From positions 296,236,001-296,300,000 of the forward strand of contig NC_067402.1 in the NCBI RefSeq assembly GCF_016432865.1: DNA of 64,000 nucleotides, read 5' to 3'. The notes under the pieces were generated by a model. That model saw nothing but the letters and a program-made list of their open reading frames with translations. It was not told the DNA's origin and did not search any database. A program made the position numbers and the translations under genes. Numbering within the stretch: the stretch's first letter is position 1; each line of letters begins with the position of its first letter. This stretch comes from Antechinus flavipes. Taxonomy: Eukaryota. Shown in pieces: positions 34,505-47,600 of this stretch.

Positions 34505-36880
34505 CATGAATAAGTTCACCTACTTTGGCAATATACTTTAAAAAAAATTTTTTTTACTTGCTTTTTTTTTGTTCCTTTTGTTCCAACTTTTTCCCTCCCC
34601 CATCCCCTTCCCCCAGATGGCAGGTTGACCAATAAATGTTAAATATGTTAAAGTATAAGTTAAATACAATAACTGTATACATGTCCATACAGTTATTTTG
34701 CTGTACAAAAAAAATCGGACTTTGAAATAGTGTACAATTAGCCTGTGAAGACAATCAATTTTTTAATTATACTTTTTATTTACAAGATATATGCATGGAT
34801 AATTTTTCAGCTTTGACATTTGCAAAACCTTTTGTTTCAATTTTCCCTCCTCCCCATCCCCTTCCTCCAGATGGCAGGTAGACCAATACATGTTAAATAT
34901 GTTAAAGTATATGTTAAATACAATATATGTATGCATGTCCATACAGTTATTTTGCTGCACAAAAAGAATGGGAGTTTGAAATAGTGTACAATTAACCTGT
35001 GAAGGAAATCAAAAATGCAGGCGGACAAAAATAGAAGGATTGAAATTCTATATAGTGGTTCATAATCATCTCCCAGAGTTCTTTCCCTAGGTGTAGCTGG
35101 TTCAGTTCATTACTGCTCTATTGGAACTGATTTGGTTCATCTTATTGTTGATGAGGGCCATGTCCATCAGAATTGATCATCATACAGTATTGTTGTTGAA
35201 GTATAGAATGATCCCTTAGTCCTGCTCATTTCACTCAGCATTAGTTCATGTAAGTCTCTCCAGGCCTTTCTGAAATCATCCTATTGTTCGTTTCTTATTG
35301 AACAACAATACTCCATAACATTCATATACCACAATTTACTCAACCATTCTCCAATGGATGGGCATCCATTCATTTTCCAGCTTCTGGCCACTACAAACAG
35401 GGCTGCCACAAACATTCTTGCATATACAGGTCCCCTTCCCTTCTTTAGTATCTCTTTGGGATATAAGCCTAGTAGTAACACTGCTAGATCAAAGGTTATG
35501 CACAGTTTGATAACTTTTTGAGCATAGTTCCAAATCATTCTCCAGAATGGCTGGATGTGTTCATAATTCCACCAACAATGTATCAGTGTCCCAGTTTTCC
35601 CACATCCCCTCCAACATTCCGCATTATCTTTCCCTGTCATTCTGGCCAATCTGACAGGTGTGTAGTGGTATCTCAGAGTTGTCTTAATTTGCATTTCTCT
35701 GATTAATAATGACTTGGAGCATCTTTTTATATGGCTAGAAATAGTTTCTATTTCTTTGTCGGAGAATTATCTGTTCATATCCATTGACCATTTATCAATT
35801 GGAGAATGGCTTGATTTCTTATAAATTAGAGTCAATTTTCTATATATTTTGGAAATGAGGCCTTTATCAGAAACTTTGACTGTAAAAATGTTTTCCCAGT
35901 TTGTTGCTTCCCTTCTAATCTTGTCTGTATTAGTTTTGTTTGTACAAAAACTTTTCAATTTGATATAGTCAAAATTTTCTATTTTGTGATTAATAATAAT
36001 CTCTAGTTCCTCTTTGGTCATAAATTCTTTCTTCCACAGATCCAAGAGGCAAACTGTCCTATGTTCTTCTAATTTATTTATAATCCCATTCTTCATGCCT
36101 AGGTTATGAACTCATTTTGACCTTGGTGTACGGTGTTAAGTGTGGGTCAGTTCTCAGGCAATATACTTTTAAGGGATGTACATATTTATGATCAGACACA
36201 TCCATTGCCAAGAGCTAGCCCAGTGTTTGAAATGGTGAATCCAAGGAAAAGTGTGAGAGAAAAGAGGTTAGATTGACTACTAAACTGAAGGGCTGCAGAG
36301 CTGTTGTGTTGATCTCATGACTGGGAGACAGTTTACCAGCACGATACCAGGAAACCGAATTGCTTCCATTTGAATTGTCTTAGGAAGACTCTGAAGATCG
36401 CCTGGCAGGAGAAGGCACCGAACACTGAGGTCTTTTCTCCCACTAACCTGCCAAGCATTCCAACTCTGCTATTCTATTGGCTGGCCACAAAGTTCAAAGG
36501 CCAAAAAGACTTTTATGGAGAACTCACACAGAGCAAGTGCTCATGTGATGGTCAGAAAAAAAAAGATACAAGGCCTCTTTGAGGAACTTTAGAATTGATT
36601 GAATGACGTGAGAGACACTGGCATAGGACCATCCAGCATGGAGTACCCTCATTAGAAGGTGCTGTGCTGTATGAGCAAAGCAGAATTGAATTAGTTCAGA
36701 ATAAGTGCAAGATGTGCAAAGTTAAAGTGTCTGTTCCTAACATTCATAGGGACGATTTGTGTCCAACCTGTGGCAGAGCATTCTGAGCAAGTATTGGTCT
36801 GATTAACAGAGTCAGACACGCTGTAACTTGACTTGAATATAATGAGGTCATTTTGGTCCTCTTTGAGAATGAAGGGCAAC
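34505..36880 (+). mobile_element. RTE LINE 3' fragment split by an L1 insertion
   Basis: 34505-34539 encodes NKFTYFGNIL and continues at 36170 as LRDVHIYD...; ends ggtcattttggtcctctttgagaatgaagggcaac. Confidence 0.8.
34540..36156 (-). mobile_element. 5'-truncated LINE-1 with a second copy of its 3' UTR segment, inside one TSD pair
   Basis: ORF2 C-terminus MQIKTTLRYHYTPVRLA...CWRGCGKTGTLIHCWW; TSD GGCAATATACTTT at 34527-34539 and 36157-36169. Confidence 0.9.
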
Positions 36881-37199
36881 TTTATAAGATATCTTTGAGT
36901 TGGGGATCTAGATTTTTTTTCTTCTCTTCTTATTCTATCATTAAAAAACAAAAAACAAAACTGGAACAATTAACATCTTTGTCTTAAATAATTTTCATTT
37001 ATAACTAAAAAACCAGGCTTTGATAAAGTTCAGTAGGACTCCAGTGGAGTTACTTAACTATCACCCTGGGTCTCACAGACTGGCCAATAATAGGCCTCAG
37101 CCCAGGCTTCACTTGGATGGCTCACGTGAGTGGAAATAGCAATAGTGGAAATAGACACAAGCTCTGAAGATCTTTCCCTCGCTGATGGATTCTCATGTG

Positions 37200-37490
37200 A
37201 AGGCAAATTAAGATGTCTTTTCCCTCAATTCTTACCTTAATCACTGAATGGATGTTGCCGCAGACACTCTGAGACCTAGCTAAGGAAAAGGCCAAGGTGG
37301 CCCACCAGATCTGGACCACCACACTTGTTCTGACCTGTGTCTTGTACCACTGGAATGATTCTGGAGGAGAGAGGGAGGCTAGTGACTTTGCACAGCTCTG
37401 CTTCACTTAAACCCAATTCCCTGACAAGTAATGTCATTTATCCTCTTTGAGAAGGAAGGAATAACAACAACAACAACAACATCAGTAGCA
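37200..37490 (+). mobile_element. Marsupial RTE-derived SINE remnant
   Basis: gaggctagtgactttgcacagctctgcttcacttaaacccaattc; (CAA)n tail; a related copy lies near 45570-45770. Confidence 0.5.
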
Positions 37491-37672
37491 GCAATACTTT
37501 ATGATTACACTCTAAACTTTCTGTGGCTTCAATGGAGGTGGAGGAATGTCCCCTTTTATAGCAACAATCACCTTAAAATACTATGGAAATGCTAGCTGCT
37601 TATGGTCATCATCATTTCTTTCTTTCTTTTTTATTTTTTCATCATTTATTTCTTTACCTGTTTCTCCATTTG

Positions 37673-38578
37673 TTAAATGCCCATGCACATGACACAGCAG
37701 GACTACAGTATTCGGACATAGCTGATGAGCAGCACAAAGGGGCTGATGGCTGGAAAGCAGAGCATCAAGATAGTAGACACATAATGAAACCAAAAATCAG
37801 GCTTCTTCAAATAACGTTTTCCTAGTTCAAGGCAGATATTGATAAAATAAAAAGAAAGAAAGCTGCTCATCAGCAGCAGGATGGATATGGAGGCCCTGAT
37901 CTCTGGGGAGGCTCTGGGAGGGAGGCTGATTCTGTGCAGGTACTGGACTTGCCGGGAGTGTTTCCTCAGCAGAATCACCATGTAGCCACTTGTCCACACC
38001 ATCAGTCCCACAAAGACCGCATCTCAAAGATAAGTGATGATGATATAATCTGCCAAAGAAGGTTCCCAGGAGCAGTAGAAGAACTCAACAGCCCCCGTCT
38101 GAGTGGGAGGGCCTGGCCTCGGGCCCATCACATGGATGGGCACATCGATGTCTACAAAGAGACTGCCGAGCCAGCAGAGTAGGCAGGAGGGGAGCACGTA
38201 TGTTGGGGCACCTGCTTTGAGCCTGGCAGCCAGGGAGCCGCGAGGACTGATGATGATAGCCTGGAAGCAACTTAACAGGCAAATGGTGCAGATGGAAAGA
38301 TCCCGGCTGACACACTGAAGATACAGGACCATTTTACACCCCAAGTCCTTCAAGAAGTATTTCATCCTCAGCACTGCAATATTCATAGGGATGCTTCTGG
38401 ACATAAGCAACATGGTGTTTGCCAAAGTCAGCTGAATGATAATGAGGTTAACGCACCTCCACCGATGGCCTGTGAGATAAGGAAAGCTACACAGACACAG
38501 GAGAATGGAGTTCCCCAGGACCCCAAATGCTATCTGCAAAAGGAAGATGGTCCCCAGAAACAGGAGGCGAGGAATCAT
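37673..38578 (-). pseudogene. Vomeronasal type-1 receptor (V1R), single exon, in-frame nonsense codon
   Basis: GVLGNSILL, LTLANTMLLMSRSIP, GCKMVLYLQCVSRDLSICTICLLSCFQAIIISP, MVILLRKHSRQVQYLH, CFPAISPFVL. ORFs 38024-38578 and 37703-38011 are in the same frame, separated by TGA (38026-38024); a second TAG at 37705-37703 precedes 9 more codons. Confidence 0.9.
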
Positions 38579-39632
38579 TCTCTTTGTTCTTAGGGAGGAG
38601 AATTAAAGCCAGAGTCAGCAGGACCTGTGTATATCACGGAGGACAGAAGAAAACGAGAACCTTTAACATTCAAACTGAGTGGAAACCAGACAGAAGTACT
38701 AATTATTCACCCTCTGTGCACTCAGCTAGCCAGTCTGAATGGAATTTAAAGACGGGGCTCCAAAGGGGAAAGCACAACAGTAATAGCAGTTCTGGTGTGA
38801 GGACCGGGCAAGTTTGCTCCTTGGTACCTCAAGTGAAGGTTGAAGATCATTTGAGGACCAAAAAGCTGGAGAAATAGTGATGCAAAATTGTGTAACTTTA
38901 GCGTATATATACACCAGAAGGGCAAGGATTTATCAGTTTTTATATCCTCCAATATTTAATACATGTCTGTGCAACAGTGAGTATTTAATTTATTAAATTT
39001 ATGAAAAGTTTATTCAAAGTAAGCATGTCCAACACACTCATATACACGTGCACATATATCGCTCATTACTCATTTCCCATCCTTCCCACCCCTTACCCTG
39101 CAAAATCCCATGGAGACGGAAATGAGCAAAGAGATTGATTTATCCCAGAACAATATCATAAAGACAAAGAGCCATAGGAGTTCCAATCGACGCTATAATT
39201 CCAATGCAATGATCAACCCCAAACCCAGACAAACTTGCCATTCCCCTCCAGATAGAGAAGATACACTCCCCAGAGTGTATGTTGACATGTACTTTGTTGG
39301 ATGGGGTCAGGGCAGGGATTTGTTTTGTTCAGTTATACATATTTTGTTTCTCATTTTCTCATTATGATTGAGGGGAAGTGGAGAGAAATGTGAAAGGTAG
39401 AAAAGATAAATTTTCATTGGCTGAAAAAATTTAGTTGAAGAAAATCTAATGTAGGCACTCTCCTTTCCCATTCTGCCTTCCCAATCAAGAACTGTCTTTG
39501 AAAGCCCTTGGTTCTCTGAGATATGGAAGGGGAAAACCATGACCTTACCCCTCCTAGGTTTGACTCAGTGCCTTTCCTGAACGCAGGCCCTGGCACATTT
39601 CTTCTAAAACTGCTTCCTTCAACCTAAGTTTC

Positions 39633-39850
39633 CTTCTTTTTTTTTTTTATAATAACTTTATATTGACAGAATCCATGCCAGGGTAATTTTTTTACAACAT
39701 TATCCCTTGCACTCGCTTCTGTTCCGATTTTTCCCCTCACTCCCTCCCCTAGATGGCAAGCAGTCCTATATATGTTAGATATGTTGCAGTATATCCTGGA
39801 TACAATATATGTTTGCAGAACCGAACAGTTCTCTTGTTACACAGGGAGAA
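39633..39850 (-). mobile_element. Young 5'-truncated L1 3' end
   Basis: Poly-T tail; TSD TTCAACCTAAGTTTC at 39618-39632 and 39851-39865. Confidence 0.9.
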
Positions 39851-40535
39851 TTCAACCTAAGTTTCTTAAGTGGTCCAGGCACAGGTGGCAACCTCTGTGG
39901 ACCTTCAGAAATAAATCGGGCTTGGCAGCAGGTTCTGTGAAACATTCCCTTTGCCCTTCTGTGATTAAGAATGAGATGCACCCACCTGTGCACTCCCATA
40001 AATTCACAAGAGAAGGAATATAGAGATGGAACAGGTGAGCTAGCATTTTTATAGGAAAATTCGTGGGGTTTGTTAGGAGAGAGGAGATGGGGGAACTGAG
40101 GCAAAGAGTAAGTTAATGTGCTTACCCCCAATGCCTCTGAATTCTCTCGCTCCTCATACCCCACTGCTGGATCTCAGGAGCCCTGTGCCTTCATAGTGTC
40201 ATCTTCAGGAAGACAGAGATTTACTTCAGTTGCATTACAGAACCTGCTCCTGAGGAAAGAGGATGTTTAAAGCTTTCTTTCCTTTGGCAAAGAATGGTGA
40301 TGGAGGCTAGGTCTGGGATTTCAGTGATGGAGGGGATAGCCAGAAGAGAAAGAACTCTACCAATGCAAACTGGCAGCTTCTCTACAGCTTGCAATATGAG
40401 AGTTGCTTAAAGCACTGAGATGTCTGTATGAGATAGAGGCGGGATGTCCTCCAAGCCAGGCCTTCCTACCCCAAGACCACTTCTGAAACAAAGCCATCCA
40501 TACTGGCTCTTGGGGGTAGAGAAAGAGGAAAAAGC

Positions 40536-40583
<48 letters not shown>

Positions 40584-40890
40584 GAGAGACAGAGAGAGAG
40601 AGACAGAGACAGACAGAGAGACTGAGACAGAGACAGACAAAGACAGAAACAGAGAGAGACAGAACAGAGACAGAAAAACAGACTGATAAGGGGGGAGAAA
40701 AAGACAGGTGGAGAAAGACAGAAAAACAGACAAAGAAAGAGACAGACAAAGATGGAAAGAGAAACAGACAGAGAGACAAAGAGACACACAGAGAAAGAGA
40801 GACAGAGACAGAAAAAAAAGAAATGTCTCTAGACAGACAGAAAAATGAAAAGGGAGAAAGAGATGGAGCTGGGGAGAAAGATAAAGAGAG
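40536..40890. repeat. (GT)n(GA)n compound microsatellite and GA-rich low-complexity tract
   Basis: Seen directly. Confidence 0.9.
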
Positions 40891-41042
40891 CAAGATTGTC
40901 TCCATATTCTTGTTAGCTCTGTAACATGAATTCTCTATTGCCATTTAGATCCCCATTTAGCTCCAAAGGATCCCAGCCCATTCCTGATAAGCTCTTATTG
41001 AAGGATACCTGCAGAGTTCTAGGGGAGGGATCAGTCATATCC

Positions 41043-41582
41043 TGTTAGAATCCTTACAAGCTGCTAAGTCATTAGAATTGATAGAGACAATAATTATCTA
41101 ATTTAGCATGGTCCAGTATGATTGATCTGATCTTACAAGGAGATGTTATGGGCCAGAAGAAACAAGGTACTAAGTGGAACTGATAGAAACAATGCTTGTG
41201 TTCACACCTTTAGAGAGCTCATATAAGCAAGAAGCTCTTAGGGCCAGAGAGGACTCTGGGAAGAAGCCCACAAGCCCACTCTAGGAGGAGGAGTCAGATT
41301 CATTCCTTCTTCCACCTTTGTGCTATCTGGAGGCTGAAGAAAGCAGAGGCAAAGGACAACTGCAAGAGCTCTTGGAACCAAGCAGAAAGACAGGCCTCTA
41401 AGAAAAACTATCTGGGCTATTTTGGAAGGAGAAAATAAACGTTTGGATTTTATCAACTGGCTACATTTGAGGTGATTATTACTTTTAATTGAAACTAAGG
41501 CTGCCTCCAGAAAACCTCCCCTCCCCAAGAAACCTGCTCCCAGAGAACCATCATTTATATTATAAAAAAAGAGAACACCACA
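41043..41582 (+). mobile_element. Solo LTR (540 bp), 6-bp TSD
   Basis: TG...CA termini flanked by ATATCC on both sides (41037-41042, 41583-41588); TATA-like atataa at 41221; AATAAA at 41434. Confidence 0.85.
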
Positions 41583-41631
41583 ATATCCCTGAAGAAAGCT
41601 CTGGTTTTCAGGCCATCAAGACTAGCCTCCT

Positions 41632-42103
41632 ACTGGCGAGACTTACATGAACTGATGCTGAGTGAAATGAGCAGAACCAGGAGATCATTATATACGTCAA
41701 CAATGATACTGTTTGAGGATGTATTCTGATGGAAGTGGATCTCCTCGATAAAGAGAGCCTTAATTGATCAAAGATGGACAGAAGCAGCTACACCCAGAGA
41801 AAGAACACTGGAAATGAATATAAACTGCTTGCATTTCTGTTTTTCCTCCCGGGTTATTTCTACCTTCTGAATTCAACTCTCCCTGTGCAACAAGAGAACT
41901 GTTCGGTTCTGCACACATATATTGTATCTAGGATATACTGCAACCCATTCAAGATGTAAAGGACTCTTGCCATCTGGGGGAGGGAGTGGAGGGAGGGAGG
42001 GGAAAAATCGGAACAGAAATGAATGCAAGGGATAATGCTGTAAAAAATTACCCTGGCATGCGTTCTATCAATAAAAAATTATTAAAAAAAAAAAAGAAAA
42101 GAA
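41632..42103 (+). mobile_element. 5'-truncated L1 3' end
   Basis: AATAAA plus A tail; TSD AAGACTAGCCTCCT at 41618-41631 and 42104-42117. Confidence 0.9.
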
Positions 42104-42929
42104 AAGACTAGCCTCCTCATTTCTACTTGTGAGAAAAATAAAGAAGAGACTCATGAAGTAGCTTGCCCAGAGTGAAACAGCTGGTAAGTATCTAAGGCAG
42201 GATTCAAAGCCAGATAGTGTGGAATCCAAGCCCAGTGTTCCATCCACTACACCACACTGCCTCAATGAGGACCATTCTCCCATAGGAAGTTTCTTCAGAC
42301 AGGAGCCCAACCCAGCTCCCATATTCCATTGGAAAGCAGAGAATAAGTGACATTTGACAGAGCCTGGAGGGGCTGGAGCAGCTGCTCATCCCCCTGTCTG
42401 AAACAAAGGGCATCTTTTTCTCTTTAACGAGAAGAGGCTATCAAATTGATATCATTAATTACAATATGAAGTGCCCTTCAGTGTGCAGGGCACTGGGTTA
42501 AGTAGCCACTGACTTGAATTCCTGAGTTCCTGATCCCAGGGACTCCTGGGCAGAAGTAACCAAGCTTTCTAGGTTCCCATTACAAGGGGAAGGACTAGAA
42601 CCTGAGATTAGAACCCCGTGTCACAAGCTCTCCCTGCACAGAAATATGCTCAGCTCAGATGGAGCAAGGTCGGACACATATAAAGTGCCCACTGAATGAG
42701 CAGTATCATGGTAGACATCCCTAAGATACCCTTCCCTTGTGGTACTTACAGAATAGTCCGGTGATAAGACATCATAGCCAGGGGGCTAGGGAGGCAGGAA
42801 GACCCAGGAAGAACCTCTTCTTACAACACAGCTGGGGAGCCGCTTGACATTTCAGGGCCCCCAGGCCTTTCTACAAGTCCCCCACTCTGGTAGAGTTCTT
42901 TTTTTTCTCCCAGAGGTATCAATTTGTAT

Positions 42930-43148
42930 TCTTTTTTTTAATGTTAAATATATGTTAAAATATATGTTAAATTCAATGTATGTAAACATATTTGTATAAT
43001 TATTTTGTTGCACAAGAAATATCGGATCAAAAAGGAAAGAAAATGAGTAAGAAAACAAACTGCAAATGAACAACAACAAAAAGAGTGAGAATGCTGTTGT
43101 GATCCACACTCCATTCCCACAGTCCTCTTGCTGGGTGTAGATGGCTCG
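42930..43148 (-). mobile_element. L1 3' UTR fragment
   Basis: Antisense counterpart of the L1 3' end at 3.8-4.2 kb (gagtgagaatgctgttgtgatccacactc). Confidence 0.65.
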
Positions 43149-43544
43149 GTGGAGAGAGCTCCTGACCAGTGGGTCACTATAACAGAGAAAGCGCAGGTCT
43201 GCTCTCCATCCACTCTATCCTGACCTTCCCCGAAGGCAGCACCCGCGGTCACAAGCCAGAACCCTCTCCTGCTGTCTGCTCCTGAGGAGGCAGGCAGGGC
43301 AATGGGAGGGGATAGTTATTGGGGCTGGCTCCCTGAGCTCCCCTATCCCAGGGCAGTGATTATCTTGTCACCTGCTGGATTAGTGACACTGATTGCAGAG
43401 GGAGTCAGAGACATCTCCTAAGGACCCGGCTTCTGTATCGGAAACAAATTACCATTACCAGTGACTGGTGATTAATTACAATCATCAGTTAATGAATAAT
43501 GAAAACTCAGATTTAACAACTAGGAACATCGAGAGAGTTGGCTA

Positions 43545-43830
43545 TACTATCTATCTTTAACTATCTGTATTCTCTCAATCTATCAGCTGTATCAAGATCT
43601 ATCTATCCTTTATATCTGTCTTTCTCATAATCTTCTCCTCTTTCCTCTTCTTTTCCTTCTTCTTCTTCTCCACTGGCCTAGCACCAACTCTCTATAATCT
43701 ATCAGTCTATCATCTTATCTAGCTAATTATATCTCTAGTGTATCAGTCTCTCTACCGCTACATACATCTATCCACCATTCTCTCTACTTGTCATTTATAT
43801 CTCTCATGATCTGTCTATATATAATGATCT
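43545..43830. repeat. Degenerate (CTAT)n tract
   Basis: Repeated tatc/ctat units. Confidence 0.7.
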
Positions 43831-44647
43831 GAATAGTGTATCAGTTAACAAGGAATTGAGTACTTTGTATTAGATAGAAACGGATCCACTTGGGAAGGAG
43901 AAATCCTGGCTCATTTCAGGAGCCCATGGAACACACCAACTGCTAACCAAACTGCTCTTGCTGGAGAGAAGATTGACCTTTGCTTGAGAGCTGGACCTGC
44001 CTCTTAGTAGCTTTCTTTTCTCCCTTGTAAACTGGGGATAATACGATGTTTTCTATTTCCTAAGGTTGTTTGGGGATTGAAGTAAGATGATGCAGGTCAA
44101 GCATTCTGAAAATACTCAAGACCTAGAGAAGAGTCAGCCCCTTCCTTTCCTCTGCATACTATGAGAAGGTGCTCTAGCTGAGAAAAAGTATATTTGTCTG
44201 CATTGATCTGCTATATTGGCAGAGGGATTGAGCTAATAGACCAATAGACTGAGGGATGACCAATAGATCAGAAAGTGTCTCCTGATTTCTGATTTTTTTT
44301 GGTTTCTCCTGAGCTCTTTCAGCTGGGCCCAGATTTGTTCTGGGTGAATGGCAGTGAAACACCTGGGATCTACAAGAAGTAACCAAGTTTGGTTCTCTGT
44401 GATATACCCAGACAAAGATGGAGGGTGTCGACCAGATAGTACTAGCTGTACCAGCACAGGAGAAAAGTAGGGATAAAAGGCACAAGGAGAGGGATTTTCC
44501 TGGGTGGAGAGATAGAGTATAGTGAAATTTTTGAGATCAGCTGTAGGGAGTTAGGGAGATCACAGAGTTCTGGATGGATGCCATCCATTTTCTCTGGCTA
44601 GGGAACAGGTGGTGTTAGAGCAGGTTTCAAAAACAGTTCCTTTAGGC

Positions 44648-44805
44648 CAGGGGTGCGGAACTTCCGGCCCCGTGGGCTGAATAAGGCCCGGGAAATCATT
44701 TGCTAAGGCAGCCATAGACAATGATGAGCTGAAAGTCAGGTAAGTTGATAATTTTTCATGGCCCAGGAATGATGGTATAAATAACGAAAAGGTTCCCCGC
44801 CCCTG
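44648..44805. mobile_element. Non-autonomous hAT-Charlie-type DNA transposon (MITE), 158 bp
   Basis: TIRs caggggtgcggaac / gttccccgcccctg; degenerate 8-bp flanks ctttaggc / ctggaggg (5/8 identical). Confidence 0.7.
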
Positions 44806-47439
44806 CTGGAGGGCATTGAAAGGACTAAATAAGAGAATAATGTAGGACTGAGGGCCTGGTGTGGGTGACAAGATTTTGATTCGTGGTCTATGTATTTGGC
44901 TAAGAGATATGATTTTATGCTGGCTAAGGAGTAAGACTGAGGCTGATGTTTGTCTGAGACCCACTAGGTGAGTGGTAGAAGGACAGGGGCAAGGAAAATG
45001 AGGGCACAGATTAATGAACAGGGGAGTTGAGTTACATTAGAGTTCAGACTATAAAGAGAGGCCAGAAAAGAGATGTTGGGATGGCTGACAGGGAGGATGG
45101 GATAGGGTTAGAGAATATGAGGAAGACAATCACTGGGGTGAGCAGGAATAAAGTGCAAGGAGACACGTAAGGGCAGGGGATTGTGATTGGGGAAATGAAT
45201 GTTAGCATTCGTGTACAGGGAATAAGAAATGTCGCATTATCCATCTTTGGGGGCTGAGATGGATGGCAGATAGAAATTTAGGAAAATGGAGGTGGTTATC
45301 AATTCGTTGACTATTTTGATTATCTTTTTTCTGTCAATTTACAGAATTTTCTGACATCTATTCATTTTAAAAATGTTTGAATCATAATTTCACAAAATGA
45401 TGAAGGATATGGGGTTGCATTCCAACATAACAGTCTTTGGGATCACTCTTCCAGCTCCCATTCACACTTTCAGATTGGGGCTCTGATGTATGATGTAACA
45501 GCCTGTGAAAGAGGCAGTTCTCTGCCTCATTTCTTACTTAGCCTTACTCACTAATTGAGCATTGTCTTAGTAAAACTGAGACCTAGGAAAGACTTTAGTA
45601 TTAAAAGGCCAAGGTCTTCCACTGCACCAGGGACTATTTCCAATCATCTTGTTTTATATCTGGCCATTGGACCCAGAGGGTTCTGGAGGTGAAAGGCTGG
45701 CGACTTGGCCCAGCCCTGACTCATTTAAATCCAATTCACTTGCAAGTCATGGCATCCACTCCCAACATTAATTAGCCAAAAGAACTATTAGATTTTTTAG
45801 AAACTTGTATTTACTCCGATGGTATAGAAAGAACATTTAATTCAAAAGGTTCCCCTTTCCTAGCTGGGAGTACAAGCTTCCACAAATAGATCCAGGATCA
45901 CAGGGAAAGGGAGTTCAAGCTTAAAAAAGCATCTGTCTTGGCAACTGTTTCAGTTCTATCTTCAATTCCAGTGTCAAAGGATGAAACCAATTACATGTTC
46001 ACAACTTCTCCACTTAACTCTATTTGAAATCCCCAAAGGGTCGATCCTTATTTTTCAGTTCCATTTCAAATACATGTTATCCACTGGTTCTCTTTAGAAC
46101 ACTCTATCAGGTAAGAAAGTAAAAAAGTTAAAAAAATCAAGGAACCTATTATCAAGAAATGGAAAATCAAGCATGAAGGTTCCAATATGAAGCAAAGTAA
46201 TAGCAAATCAGGAGACAAGATGAAGAGAGTAAGAGAGTTCCAACCTGTTAGATAGAGTCTAAGAGAGAGGGGAAACCCGGGAACTGTTAAGAGTTGTGTT
46301 GGAACAGCTGTCTTCCCCAGGACTTTATACTCGGGGACTATATATCCCAATCAAGGCATGAATTACTTGTGCTTTCTGTCTCCTAAATGTACCAAGCTTG
46401 ACAACCTATTAAGAATCTTTTAGAATTAAAATGGGGGTTTTAAACTTACAGAAGACATTTGACCTGAACAGAATAAGGAAGAAATCCAAACACTTAGTGG
46501 TTCCTGAGAGTTTCTGGGGCGGAGTTACAGAAGATAATGCTCAATCCATAGGTCAAATTCTACCCCCCAATTCTTGGGGATTTTCAGTGGATTCCTTTTT
46601 TATCTTACATTGTCTCTGTTCATTTTATTTCTTGAGTTGTATGATGAAATCCATGTGCAGAGAATGATATGGTGAAATGACAGAATTGCAGACTTGCAGT
46701 GACAGAGAATCTGGTAGTTTAGAGACATGGTAGAAGCTGCCTATTTCAAGTAATACTTGAGCTGCTATCCCCTCTGCATTGTGCTGATAAAATCAGCAAC
46801 CACCTTCCAACTGAATAGCACTTAACCCAATGCAAATGCATCTTGGATACTAAATTAAATGACTGTGCTTAGAAGGAAAACCAATCATCTCACTGAGGAA
46901 GACATCCCCAAAGACAATTCCAAGGCAACTATTCCCCTTTTTCTAGTGAAACATGTTCATTATATGGAATATTTCAGACAAGATTATTTTCATGGTTACA
47001 TCCAGTTTATCCATTAGGATAAAGATGATAATATACAATCCCTAAGTAAGATTATTAATGATTAATTAATTAAGAGTATATTTATAGAAGGCCTTTTGCT
47101 TTGCAAAGTACTCTATGAACACTAACTTTTATCAGCCTCATACTGGTTCAGGGAAGCAAATGGTGTTATTATACTGTTTTGAACAATGAAGTAACTCAAG
47201 CTAATAGACTTTAAGTGAGTTCACTGGGGTCAAACAGCTAGTAAATGTTTAGAGTCACATTTGAACTGCCTACCCCAGAGTAAAACATACAGAAATATTA
47301 GTATTCTCTATTCTATTTTCCTTTTTCAAATGTTTTTCCCATTTCCCATTCTAACAATTTAGGAACTACTTCAAGGTATTATACCCCATTTTTCTTCCCT
47401 CATAAAAGCTCACCTAAAATTATGTATTGACTTTTGCAA

Positions 47440-47600
47440 GGACATTAATAAGCTGGAGGCTGTTCGAAGAGATCAACAATAATTGTGAAGAGCCTTGCAT
47501 CAGTGACCAGCTAAAGGAATCAGGTCTAATCAGTGTAGAGAAGAAAAGACCTGGGTGGAGCATGATGAATGTCTTCAACAATGGGAAGGGCTGGCTTGTA
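47440..47600 (+). mobile_element. CR1/L3 remnant
   Basis: gacattaataagctggaggctgttc...gtgtagagaagaaaagacc...catgatgaatgtcttcaa. Confidence 0.55.

Noticed and set aside
40357-40944. ORFs of up to 195 aa over the GT/GA tract; similar ORFs at 12846-13996 and 19217-20034
   Set aside because: Microsatellite or N-gap artefacts
46087-46420. Lys-rich frame (KKVKKIKEPIIKKWKIKHE...) as an upstream exon of the candidate gene
   Set aside because: Interrupted by stops, with no acceptor/donor pair in a compatible phase
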